A stretch of DNA of 64,000 bases, taken from positions 2,157-66,156 of the forward strand of contig MHAF01000172.1 in the NCBI GenBank assembly GCA_001802865.1, written 5' to 3'. This DNA is from Ignavibacteria bacterium RBG_16_34_14. GTDB lineage: Bacteria > Bacteroidota > Ignavibacteria > Ignavibacteriales > Ignavibacteriaceae. The notes under the pieces are model-generated. The model did no database searches. It saw only the letters and a list, made by a program, of their open reading frames with translations, and was not told where the DNA came from. How positions within the stretch are numbered: the first letter of the stretch is position 1; every line of letters starts with the position of its first letter. Below are positions 18,464 through 27,023 of this stretch, piece by piece. A program made the position numbers and the translations under genes.

Positions 18464-19500
18464 GATACTTTCCTATAATATTTTTTAAGTTTATCCCCGC
18501 TATCATCATAACAACAAGTTACATTTCGCTCTTGCAAAATTGCAGCAGATATTTCATCTATTAAATCTGTTTCAAAACCATCTTGCTTTTCTTTTTCGGT
18601 AACTGCTATTTTCTCAATTTTAATTATCCCTTCAAGTGGTCCCCGTGTATATTTTTTTTCTCTTATTCTTAAATACCATGCACCAATTACTGTTTTAAAT
18701 TTCCTCCCACTTTGTGGTTCATATCTATAAACAGGTGTTCTCTCACCATATTTTAATGCAGTCAAATAACTTCCAATTTCTTTGCTCTTTGTTTTTAAAA
18801 TACCTTGCAAATTTGGATTAAAAGATTTTGAAACCCCAATTACATTATGAAATATATATTCTTGCTCTAATTTAATGTTTGTGTATTGAAGTGAACCATC
18901 AATCATTAAGATTTCACCAGTATTCAATAAATTCGATGTTACCATTTTGTCAATTAAAACTATTTCTTCATCTAACATTTCTTTCTGAATTTTTGCTATA
19001 GCAAGATTTTCAGGTGGCCTTTGCATATTTGTTTGATGTTTATATTCAACAACTCTTTCAACTCTAATATTATTCTTAACAGTTTTATTTATTTCATTCC
19101 TAATATTTTCAAATTCACCACCAGTTCTATCTGGTAAAGCAATTATATTAAATTTTATTAAGTGCAGATTTTTTATTGACTTATTTTCTCGTTTACATAC
19201 CGCAGTTCCAATTTGTCCTGCTACAATTGGTAAATATTTCCCATCAGTTGATGCAAAATCAACAACTTTATAAGTACGCCTTGAACCATCAAGAAAATAT
19301 TTAAATAAAGATATATCCGTATAGAACTTTGTAATTTTTCTTTTCTCTGGAACTTTATTTGTTTCAAATATTTTTGAAGTGTTAAACTTTTCATCCTTAT
19401 CTTGGTACTCGTCCGGGTTTATATCGTCTAAATGAAGTTTGTTGGAAGGGAAACACTTACCCCCACTAAATTTTTCAACAACTTTAAGAATCGTTCCCAT
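18460..19500 (-). CDS. NurA-like (RNase H-fold) nuclease candidate with two DGS motifs (tentative)
   Basis: FLDGSRR (D71) and LMIDGSLQ (D201) flank an acidic helix (QKEMLDEE), as in NurA-family nucleases. No ATPase/HerA partner is adjacent. Confidence 0.35.
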   Translation of the reverse strand: MGTILKVVEKFSGGKCFPSNKLHLDDINPDEYQDKDEKFNTSKIFETNKVPEKRKITKFYTDISLFKYFLDGSRRTYKVVDFASTDGKYLPIVAGQIGTAVCKRENKSIKNLHLIKFNIIALPDRTGGEFENIRNEINKTVKNNIRVERVVEYKHQTNMQRPPENLAIAKIQKEMLDEEIVLIDKMVTSNLLNTGEILMIDGSLQYTNIKLEQEYIFHNVIGVSKSFNPNLQGILKTKSKEIGSYLTALKYGERTPVYRYEPQSGRKFKTVIGAWYLRIREKKYTRGPLEGIIKIEKIAVTEKEKQDGFETDLIDEISAAILQERNVTCCYDDSGDKLKKYYRKVS

Positions 19501-19746
19501 AAAGATTATTTTTATTCTTGATAAATAATTTTAAATATCTCAATTTATTATTCATCAAATCATTCCCCCAGCAGCTTAGAAAAGAAAGATGGAGGAAGTA
19601 AAATTACAGTTGCGTTCTTCCTGTGCCATTATTAACGTTCAAAAAATACTAATAAGTCTTTTCAGTTAAAATAACTTTTCTAAAAAAGTAGAAATAGGCA
19701 GGAAATTTAAAGAAGCGCTTCCCCCAAAATCCACTTTACAATAATT

Positions 19747-20007
19747 TTATAATTCCCTCTCTTTCTTTTTCTCTTCTTGCAATACTTTAAGCAAACTGCT
19801 CTTTCCTTTCAAAAACCCTCTATTTTTATCAATTAATTGCGGTGTTATGGTAATAATCTTTATCCCATCCTCTCCTTGCGAAATATTCACACGAGTCCCT
19901 AGCTTTATTCCATATTTTTTTCTGAGCTTAACAGGAATTGTTAAACGTCCTTGAGATTTTACAAAACCAATTTCCAATCTATTTCTCCATATCTTTAAAA
20001 TATTCAT
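19747..20007 (-). CDS. AbrB/MazE/SpoVT-family DNA-binding protein (antitoxin-like)
   Basis: GRLTIPVKLRKKYGIKLGTRVNI is a swapped-hairpin SpoVT/AbrB motif. No toxin gene lies downstream. Confidence 0.6.
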   Translation of the reverse strand: MNILKIWRNRLEIGFVKSQGRLTIPVKLRKKYGIKLGTRVNISQGEDGIKIITITPQLIDKNRGFLKGKSSLLKVLQEEKKKEREL

Positions 20008-20239
20008 CCATTCTCTTCAAAATCTTTTCCTTTTCTTCATCAGAAAAATCATTTTCATAGAAGCGGAGGAACAATCTTTTTCTTATTTCATTTTCGGGAA
20101 GGTTTTCAGGGAATGATGAAAGAACAATCTTTCTGGCAGTTTCAAACATTTCAAGTCCCATTAATAATCTTTCTTCACCGGAAAGTTTAGCAAATAATTC
20201 ATCCTGAATTTTTTTTGCTTCGGGGCTGGTATCATTCAT
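19979..20239 (-). CDS. Hypothetical small helical protein, partner of the nucleotidyltransferase-fold gene
   Basis: This 86 aa ORF overlaps the upstream gene by 8 nt and the downstream gene by 29 nt, an operon-like arrangement. Confidence 0.4.
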   Translation of the reverse strand: MNDTSPEAKKIQDELFAKLSGEERLLMGLEMFETARKIVLSSFPENLPENEIRKRLFLRFYENDFSDEEKEKILKRMDEYFKDMEK

Positions 20240-20774
20240 CTTTTACACTCATAAGAAAATCATAAAGATCTAACTTTTTTGCCCATTCAAATAAGTATTC
20301 TTTATCGTAAGTTGAAGTTAATAAATTTTTAATATCTCTTTTCTGTAATTCTGAATCAGAATCTTTTGCCCAGCTTAACTTTGAAAGGATTAAATCTTCT
20401 TTACTAACAATAAAAAGTTCAATACCAGAAAACTTTACTTTTCTTCTTCTGTTAAACTCAACAATCCTATATTCTTCTGATTTCCGGATAACAAAATCAA
20501 TTTTAATTGAGCTTCCCAAATGAATAAGATTAAACATAAAAGGATGTTCAATTGAATCTTTGATTGCTTCTGGTGAAATATAATATCCATTTTCAAAGAT
20601 TCTTACAAAATTTTCTATCTGAATTTTACTTAATTCAATAACTATATCAATATCTCTCGTCATTCTCGGTTGAGAATAATACATCATTGCTAATGAACCC
20701 GTTAACATATAATGAACATTTAAAGAAGAAAGATTTTCTGTTACATCTTTAAGTATGTCAAGCTCCGTTTTCAA
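20232..20774 (-). CDS. Nucleotidyltransferase-fold protein (GS-X-DxD type, TA/abortive-infection-like)
   Basis: LTGSLAMMYYSQPRMTRDIDIVIE is a minimal NTase hG[GS]...DxD motif. A paralog lies at 46503..46976. Confidence 0.55.
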   Translation of the reverse strand: MKTELDILKDVTENLSSLNVHYMLTGSLAMMYYSQPRMTRDIDIVIELSKIQIENFVRIFENGYYISPEAIKDSIEHPFMFNLIHLGSSIKIDFVIRKSEEYRIVEFNRRRKVKFSGIELFIVSKEDLILSKLSWAKDSDSELQKRDIKNLLTSTYDKEYLFEWAKKLDLYDFLMSVKDE

Positions 20775-20784
20775 GATTATTATT

Positions 20785-21210
20785 TTATTGTAATGATAAA
20801 TTTATGGAGGATTCGGCATAATCATCTGCACTTTCATAAATCCGGACAGATACTTTATTGATATTTTTTGGCAGGCTTATCTTCTTTATCTCATTAAGAA
20901 AATATTTACATATATTTTCTACTGTTGATTGAAATTCAACAATCACCATTTTTGATTTCATCTTTTCAAGGAATGAGATTATCTCTTTATCTTGGTTATA
21001 TACCATAAAAGCATGATCCAGTTTTTCAATTATTGGATTAACTATTTTCTTTACATCATAATAATCCATCACCATTCCCGATTCAGCCACATCACCTTCA
21101 AGTTCAATAATCATTTTATAAGAATGTCCATGAATATTTTTGCATTTATCAAAATGTTCCGGTAAACGATGCCCCATTTCCCAATGGAATTCTTTTGCAA
21201 TCTTCATCAA
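20785..21210 (-). CDS. queD: 6-carboxy-5,6,7,8-tetrahydropterin synthase
   Basis: FHWEMGHRLPEH...CKNIHGHSYK is the zinc and catalytic motif of the QueD/PTPS family. The gene overlaps queE by 4 nt. Confidence 0.85.
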   Translation of the reverse strand: MMKIAKEFHWEMGHRLPEHFDKCKNIHGHSYKMIIELEGDVAESGMVMDYYDVKKIVNPIIEKLDHAFMVYNQDKEIISFLEKMKSKMVIVEFQSTVENICKYFLNEIKKISLPKNINKVSVRIYESADDYAESSINLSLQ

Positions 21211-21845
21211 ACACCTTTAGCAGTTGGAACCCAGATAAACTTATGCATCTGAAGTTGGAATCTTGCATTTAATTTATCCTCAAGTATCCACTCGACTAAT
21301 GTTACTGGTTCAAGTTCACCAAATACAACTGAGAAAAGAATGCTGCATTTGTTTGTGAGATTATATTTTTCAATTAACTCTTTAGACCAATCATAATCTT
21401 CCCTGTTTCCAATTACAAACTTTATTTCATCGGTTGGTTTTATAAAATCAATATTGTCGTAAAGATTTTTTTTCAGCATTCCACTTGAAGGGCATTTAAG
21501 ATCCATTATAATCATTACTCTCTGATCAACACTTTTTATGGAAAGACTTCCACCCGTTTCCAGCATAACTTTGTAACCTTCATCAGATAATCTTTTCAAC
21601 AGGTCAATACATTCATCCTGGACAAGAGGTTCCCCCCCTGTTACTTCCACCAATTTACAATCATACTTTTTTACCTCATCAATTATTTGCTCAATTGTAT
21701 AATCTTTTCCCTCATAAAAAGCATATTCGGTATCGCAATAAGTACAACGGAGATTACAGTAAGTTAATCGTACAAAAATACATGGTAATCCGGCTTTGGA
21801 ACTTTCTCCCTGAATGGAGAAATATATTTCGTTTATTTTAAGCAC
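21207..21845 (-). CDS. queE: 7-carboxy-7-deazaguanine synthase (radical SAM)
   Basis: INEIYFSIQGESSKAGLPCIFVRLTYCNLRCTYCDTEY is the QueE signature. The start codon is GTG. Confidence 0.85.
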   Translation of the reverse strand: MLKINEIYFSIQGESSKAGLPCIFVRLTYCNLRCTYCDTEYAFYEGKDYTIEQIIDEVKKYDCKLVEVTGGEPLVQDECIDLLKRLSDEGYKVMLETGGSLSIKSVDQRVMIIMDLKCPSSGMLKKNLYDNIDFIKPTDEIKFVIGNREDYDWSKELIEKYNLTNKCSILFSVVFGELEPVTLVEWILEDKLNARFQLQMHKFIWVPTAKGV

Positions 21846-21938
21846 GTTAGTTCTTCATATTAAAATGCAGAGACTGAAGTCTTTGTGCATGTTTTCATTT
21901 AACCATTAAAATTAGTATAAAATTACAAAAACATATAT

Positions 21939-21967
21939 TTGACATCAAACGGGTGAATGGATATATT
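21939..21967 (+). promoter_or_regulatory. Near-consensus sigma70-type promoter for rpsT
   Basis: TTGACA (21939-21944), a 17 nt spacer and TATATT (21962-21967) lie 35 nt upstream of the rpsT ATG. Confidence 0.6.
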
Positions 21968-22001
21968 TGGGCTCAATTTTTCAATAAATTAAGGTTAGTT
22001 A

Positions 22002-22271
22002 ATGGCATCGCATAAATCAGCAAAGAAAAGAATTCGTTCAAGTGAAAGGAAAAGTGAGGTTAATAAAAGAGTTGAATCAAGAATAAAAACTCTTTACAAA
22101 AAAACACTTAATACTACTGATGCGGCAGAAGCAGAAAAATTATACAAAGAAGCTGTTTCAATCCTGGATAGAAGTAGTGTTAAAAATAAAATTCATAGAA
22201 ATAATGCTTCACGTAAAAAAGCTGCTTTAACACGCCATCTTAATAAGCTGCAAAAAGAAACCTCAAAGTAA
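22002..22271 (+). CDS. rpsT: 30S ribosomal protein S20
   Basis: MASHKSAKKRIRSSERKSEVNKRVESRIKT... is the typical S20 N-terminus. Confidence 0.9.
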   Translation: MASHKSAKKRIRSSERKSEVNKRVESRIKTLYKKTLNTTDAAEAEKLYKEAVSILDRSSVKNKIHRNNASRKKAALTRHLNKLQKETSK

Positions 22272-22275
22272 TTTG

Positions 22276-22359
22276 GTCATGCTGTCCGCCTAAAGCGGAT
22301 TGTTTCAGCAACCCCTTATAGATCAATATTCCGATCCCGCAAATGCGGGACGGAATGAC
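22276..22359. repeat. Composite palindromic REP-like element (copy 1) with mini-hairpins nested in both loops
   Basis: The element reads GTCATGCTG[TCCGCCTAAAGCGGA]TTGTTTCAGCA...ATTCCGA[TCCCGCAAATGCGGGA]CGGAATGAC. It has the same outer units as 55725-55786. Confidence 0.7.
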
Positions 22360-22364
22360 ATTTC

Positions 22365-23870
22365 TTATAAATCTTCAATTGCATCAATACCTTCAGGCAT
22401 AGGAAGATAAAATTTTATCGGTTGTACAACACCTGTTTTTTTTTCTAATCTTTCAACTTTCTTCCTGATAATTACGCTATGTTCTATATGAATTCCATCT
22501 TCAATGATAGAACCAAAAACATAGCTCGTTCCTTTAATTAAAACTCCCTGCCCTATTCGCAAAGGATATTCATCACTGCCGGTCATATTAACACTTGATT
22601 CTATCCTTGTCCCCTCTCCTATGACTATATTTCCTTTTATGATATCTCCCGAAAGTATTTGAACATTATTCCCGATTTTAAATGTTTGGTTGGAAAAGCA
22701 TGAAAGATGAACGTTTCGCCCAACCTCAACATTCTGCCCGAAATGAACATTCCCACTAACATAAACATTTTTATGCAGTACAAGATTATAATTAAGCTTA
22801 ACCCCTTTACCAATATGAACACCCCTTCCAATATATATATCGAGAGGAATGTTCTGATTATCCATTTTAATTATATCTTCAATAACACTTTCATGAATAA
22901 AGAAATCATCTGGGTCATTTATTTCAATTATATCCTTTAACTTTTCATAAACCTGGCTGCGGGCTAAATTTTCCATTTCTTTAAGCACGGATTTATTATT
23001 AAAACCCATTACAACATGAGGTTTGGCCGGACTAATTGCTTTTACCGAATATCCCTTCTTATTAAAGAGAGATATCATTTCAGTTATATAAATTTCATTC
23101 TGAACATTATCGCTTGAAAGTGAATTTATCAGTGATGTAAGTTTTTTGAAATCAAAAGCGTAAACACCTGAGTTGAATTCGTTATTCTCCAGCAGTTCCT
23201 TTTTTATATATGAGTATGTTTTTCCATTGAATTTAATTTTGTATGGTTTGTTATCGTCGAGGGCGAGAATGTCCTTATGTTCCATAATCTCAATAACCTT
23301 TGCTTTATCATTACCGGAAGGATTTCCTTTTTCATCAAAATCTTTAGCTCTAATTATTCTCCCATAAAAATTTTCGTGAGGGTTTCCTTCGAAGTGTCCG
23401 GTTAAAACAAGCATATCAGATTTTGTTTTTATAAATTCATCACGAAGCATTACCATAGTTTCTTTATCAATCAGTCCCATATCGCCTGGCATTACATAAA
23501 CAATTCCATCTTTAAAACTATTATTTAATTTTTGTAGTGCAACCTGAACTGCGTGACCGGTTCCATTCTGGTTCTCCTGGTAAGCAAAAAGAGTTGATTC
23601 CCTTTTTCCAATAACTTGAATTACATCCTTAGCTTTTATTCCCAGAACAACAATTATATTTACTCCATCAATAGCCTGCTTACAAGCATTATACACACGT
23701 TCAACTGTTGGAACATCCCAAATTTTATGCAGCATTTTAGATTTTTGGGATTTTATCCTTTTTCCGTGACCAGCAGCAAGAATGATTACTGTTTCTTTTA
23801 CATCTTTATTAACATCTGTAGAAAGCTCATTAATAAGCTGATTGATTTTTTCTTTATCATTATCCGGCAT
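22365..23870 (-). CDS. GlmU-like bifunctional sugar-1-phosphate nucleotidyltransferase/acyltransferase (N-terminal NTP-transferase plus C-terminal left-handed beta-helix)
   Basis: IILAAGHGKRIKSQKSKMLHKI and QENQNGTGHAVQ match GlmU motifs. The C-terminal hexapeptide repeats read IGRGVHIGKGVKL...VSGNVHFGQNVEVGRNV. Confidence 0.7.
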   Translation of the reverse strand: MPDNDKEKINQLINELSTDVNKDVKETVIILAAGHGKRIKSQKSKMLHKIWDVPTVERVYNACKQAIDGVNIIVVLGIKAKDVIQVIGKRESTLFAYQENQNGTGHAVQVALQKLNNSFKDGIVYVMPGDMGLIDKETMVMLRDEFIKTKSDMLVLTGHFEGNPHENFYGRIIRAKDFDEKGNPSGNDKAKVIEIMEHKDILALDDNKPYKIKFNGKTYSYIKKELLENNEFNSGVYAFDFKKLTSLINSLSSDNVQNEIYITEMISLFNKKGYSVKAISPAKPHVVMGFNNKSVLKEMENLARSQVYEKLKDIIEINDPDDFFIHESVIEDIIKMDNQNIPLDIYIGRGVHIGKGVKLNYNLVLHKNVYVSGNVHFGQNVEVGRNVHLSCFSNQTFKIGNNVQILSGDIIKGNIVIGEGTRIESSVNMTGSDEYPLRIGQGVLIKGTSYVFGSIIEDGIHIEHSVIIRKKVERLEKKTGVVQPIKFYLPMPEGIDAIEDL

Positions 23871-23921
23871 TAAATTCTCCGATTATTCTTTTGTAAAAAT
23901 AACAAAATTCGTTCCTAATCT

Positions 23922-25154
23922 TTACGTAATAAAAGAAGTCCTGCGATTATTTTTATATATTTCAGATGTCATCAATGAACACAAAAAAGAAAACTCAATT
24001 GAAAGTATTGGTGAATCTATAAAGCCGGAGAAAAAAGCAGATAAAAAAAGCGCCGTAACTGATAATATTACACCAACCACAATAAGTTTATTTTCCTCCT
24101 CTGCTTTGCTTTTTAAGAATTTATATCCTGATTTAAAAACAACAAACAATAAAATTAAATAAGCTGCCAAACCTATAAATCCGCTTTCAAAATAAACCTG
24201 CAAAATCTGATTATGCCATCCGCCAATTCCTTTGTCAGCAAATTCTTCTTTGAAAGGGAATATTTTTTTGAAAGTTCTGGGACCATATCCAAACAAAGGA
24301 TGTTCCCAAACTAATTCGATTGTTCCTTTATAAATTATATCCCGATCCGATAATTGTGCCGGAGTTTCCATTCTTTGTGTAAAACCGCTGGTATTATTAG
24401 AAAAAGATAGATATGAAACTGCCGCGGAAATTAAAGCGATAAAAACAAACTGTTTCGGATTTATCTTTTTTATTATTAAAGAAATGAGAAGGACCAAAGC
24501 TGAAATAACAATATTAGCTCTTCCGAGTGAGGTTAATATACCGGCAAGAATGATTCCTACCGCTATAATATTCAGGTAAGAATATTTTTTTCTAATTTCA
24601 TTAAAACCAAAAGCAGATATAGCAATACCTAATACAGCCGCAAGATATCCCGAAAAAGCAGTGTATCCTGTTGAAAGAGATTCTGCTCTTTCAACAATAC
24701 CAAAATTGAAGCGAATTAGTCCTATTAAAGAATTTAGAACAGCACCCCCAATAAAAACATAGATTATAATGCGAATTCTTTTATGATCAAATGATTTTAA
24801 ATAAAACCCTATAGAAAAAACACTTAAGTAAAAGAGTGCTTCTTTATAAAGTGTATGAATACTAACCCCGGGATATTCAGAGAGAATAACTGATATTAGT
24901 CTTGCAAATCCATAAACTAATACTGCAATTATAAAACTATCAATGGCTTTTCTTTTCTCAGAATTTTTTTCTAACAACCAGAGAATTACAAGCACCCCGC
25001 AAAATAATTGCAATAAAAAAATAGAAAGCACATAGCTGACAGATAAAAAGAGCAAAATATAAAAAGGAATTCGGGGGTTTAATCTGGATGTCATTGTTAA
25101 TAAATGAATTTGAATAGATAAATTAAAAAATAAAAATCTAAACCAAACAAACAT
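23922..25154 (-). CDS. O-antigen ligase/polymerase-like (Wzy_C) polytopic membrane protein
   Basis: It has ~10 predicted TM helices and a central periplasmic loop region. It sits in an LPS-related neighbourhood. Confidence 0.55.
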   Translation of the reverse strand: MFVWFRFLFFNLSIQIHLLTMTSRLNPRIPFYILLFLSVSYVLSIFLLQLFCGVLVILWLLEKNSEKRKAIDSFIIAVLVYGFARLISVILSEYPGVSIHTLYKEALFYLSVFSIGFYLKSFDHKRIRIIIYVFIGGAVLNSLIGLIRFNFGIVERAESLSTGYTAFSGYLAAVLGIAISAFGFNEIRKKYSYLNIIAVGIILAGILTSLGRANIVISALVLLISLIIKKINPKQFVFIALISAAVSYLSFSNNTSGFTQRMETPAQLSDRDIIYKGTIELVWEHPLFGYGPRTFKKIFPFKEEFADKGIGGWHNQILQVYFESGFIGLAAYLILLFVVFKSGYKFLKSKAEEENKLIVVGVILSVTALFLSAFFSGFIDSPILSIEFSFLCSLMTSEIYKNNRRTSFIT

Positions 25155-25195
25155 ATTAAATAAGAAGTAAGTATTTTTACCTGTAAAATTTATGC

Positions 25196-27022
25196 ATGCT
25201 AATGAAATTTTTCTGGCGATTCTTTAAATATCTGAAACCTTATATAAGATCAATGCTTAGTGCAAACCTGTGCATGCTTCTTTTCGTCTTATTCAATCTC
25301 CTGTCAATTGGTCTTATAATGCCTTTTATTGATCTGCTGTTTAACCCGGCAAAACCTGACTTCAAACCAGAACAAGATATAAGTATACTAGATATTAAAG
25401 ATTATCTCACTTATAAACTGAATGAATATTTAGTTCAGTATGACAAGCTTGATCTTCTTGTATATCTCTGCATATTAATTGTTTTAGTTTTCACACTAAA
25501 AAATCTTTTTCAATACCTGCAGACATATTTTATGTCACCAGTTGACCAGGGAGTAATCAGGGATATTCGTCTTGATCTTTATGCCCACTTCCACAAACTC
25601 TCACTTGGATACTTTACAGAAGAGAAAAAGGGAATTTTAATTTCCAGGATTATGAATGATGTACTTATAATACGTGATGCAATAACCGCTGTAATAAACA
25701 GTTTTTTCAGGGATCCTCCTTCAATCATCTTATTTACTATTGTGTTATTCATCTTCAATTGGAAATTAACTATTTTAATATTTGCAATGCTTCCAATTAT
25801 TGCTTTTTTTCTTGCGAGAATCGGAAAATCATTAAGACGAAAAAGTACACGCTCCCAGGAAAGAATTGCAAACACAACTTCAATGCTTGACGAGACTTTT
25901 GGTGCTATGAGAATTGTTAAAGCTTTTGGCACGGAAGAATATGAGGTGAGCAGGTTTAGGGAGAGTGAAAAAAACTACTTTAATCTCATAATAAGCCTTG
26001 TTAGGAGAAGAGGTCTTGCATCTCCAATTACTGAAGTGATAGGAGTCTTTGCAGTTGCAATAATACTTTATTTTATAGGAACGCAGATTATTACTGGTCA
26101 GAGTGATATGACTCCGGGAGCTTTTTTAGTTTATCTGGGGATTTTCTTTCAATTGATGCCTACCCTAAAATTACTCGGACAGGCTTTTATCCAGGTGCAG
26201 GAAGGAAGAGCAGCTTCCGAAAGAGTATTTAATATCTTGGATACTGAACCAAAAATCTTTGATTCTCCGGATGCTGTTGAAATAAAATCCTTTAATGAAA
26301 GTATTCAATTCAAAGATGTAAATTTCAAATATGAAAAGAGTGACAGCATTCTTAAAAATACTAGTCTGGAAATCAGGAAGGGTGAAATAGTCGCTATTGT
26401 GGGCCCAAGCGGGGCTGGCAAATCGAGTCTGATAGATTTAATTCCACGTTTTTATGATGTTGAATCAGGAACAATATTAATTGATGGTGTTGATATTCGG
26501 AAAATCAGGATAAAGTCCTTAAGAGAATTAATGGGGATTGTTACACAGGAAACTATTCTTTTTAATGATACAATACGAAATAATATTGCTTATGGAATTA
26601 AAAATCCATCTATTGATAAAATAACTGGGGCTGCAAAAGCTGCCAATGCACATAACTTTATTTCCGAACTTGAAAGTGGTTATGATACTTTAATCGGTGA
26701 CAGAGGTGTTAAACTTTCCGGCGGAGAAAGACAAAGATTATCTATCGCCCGTGCCTTGCTTAAAAATCCTCCTATACTTATTCTCGATGAAGCCACTTCT
26801 TCTCTCGATACCGAATCTGAAATCCTTGTGCAGCAGGCAATAGAAAGATTGATGGAGGGAAGAACTTCAATTGTAATTGCTCACAGGTTAAGCACTGTTC
26901 AGAATGCAGACAAGATTATTGTTCTGAATGAAGGAGTACTTGTTGAACAGGGTACACACATCGAACTACTGAAACTTAATGGTCTTTATTGCAAGCTTTA
27001 TAACATGCAGTTTAAATTATAG
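25196..27022 (+). CDS. ABC transporter, fused permease/ATPase (MsbA-like lipid exporter)
   Basis: It has a six-TM N-terminal half, Walker A GPSGAGKSS, signature LSGGERQR and Walker B ILILDEATS. Confidence 0.85.
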   Translation: MLMKFFWRFFKYLKPYIRSMLSANLCMLLFVLFNLLSIGLIMPFIDLLFNPAKPDFKPEQDISILDIKDYLTYKLNEYLVQYDKLDLLVYLCILIVLVFTLKNLFQYLQTYFMSPVDQGVIRDIRLDLYAHFHKLSLGYFTEEKKGILISRIMNDVLIIRDAITAVINSFFRDPPSIILFTIVLFIFNWKLTILIFAMLPIIAFFLARIGKSLRRKSTRSQERIANTTSMLDETFGAMRIVKAFGTEEYEVSRFRESEKNYFNLIISLVRRRGLASPITEVIGVFAVAIILYFIGTQIITGQSDMTPGAFLVYLGIFFQLMPTLKLLGQAFIQVQEGRAASERVFNILDTEPKIFDSPDAVEIKSFNESIQFKDVNFKYEKSDSILKNTSLEIRKGEIVAIVGPSGAGKSSLIDLIPRFYDVESGTILIDGVDIRKIRIKSLRELMGIVTQETILFNDTIRNNIAYGIKNPSIDKITGAAKAANAHNFISELESGYDTLIGDRGVKLSGGERQRLSIARALLKNPPILILDEATSSLDTESEILVQQAIERLMEGRTSIVIAHRLSTVQNADKIIVLNEGVLVEQGTHIELLKLNGLYCKLYNMQFKL

Positions 27023-27023
27023 A

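Noticed and set aside
16075-21845. Possible link between the nuclease/radical-SAM cassette and queD/queE as a Dpd-like 7-deazaguanine DNA-modification system
   Set aside because: No TGT/DpdA-like transglycosylase, QueC or DpdB/C-like gene is present. queDE are separated from the cassette by TA-like genes and look like ordinary queuosine-pathway genes. The proximity is probably coincidental.
21846-22001. Possible preQ1 riboswitch in the queE leader
   Set aside because: I could not find the conserved preQ1-I/II core sequence or pseudoknot elements by eye in the minus-strand leader. Only a short generic hairpin is present.
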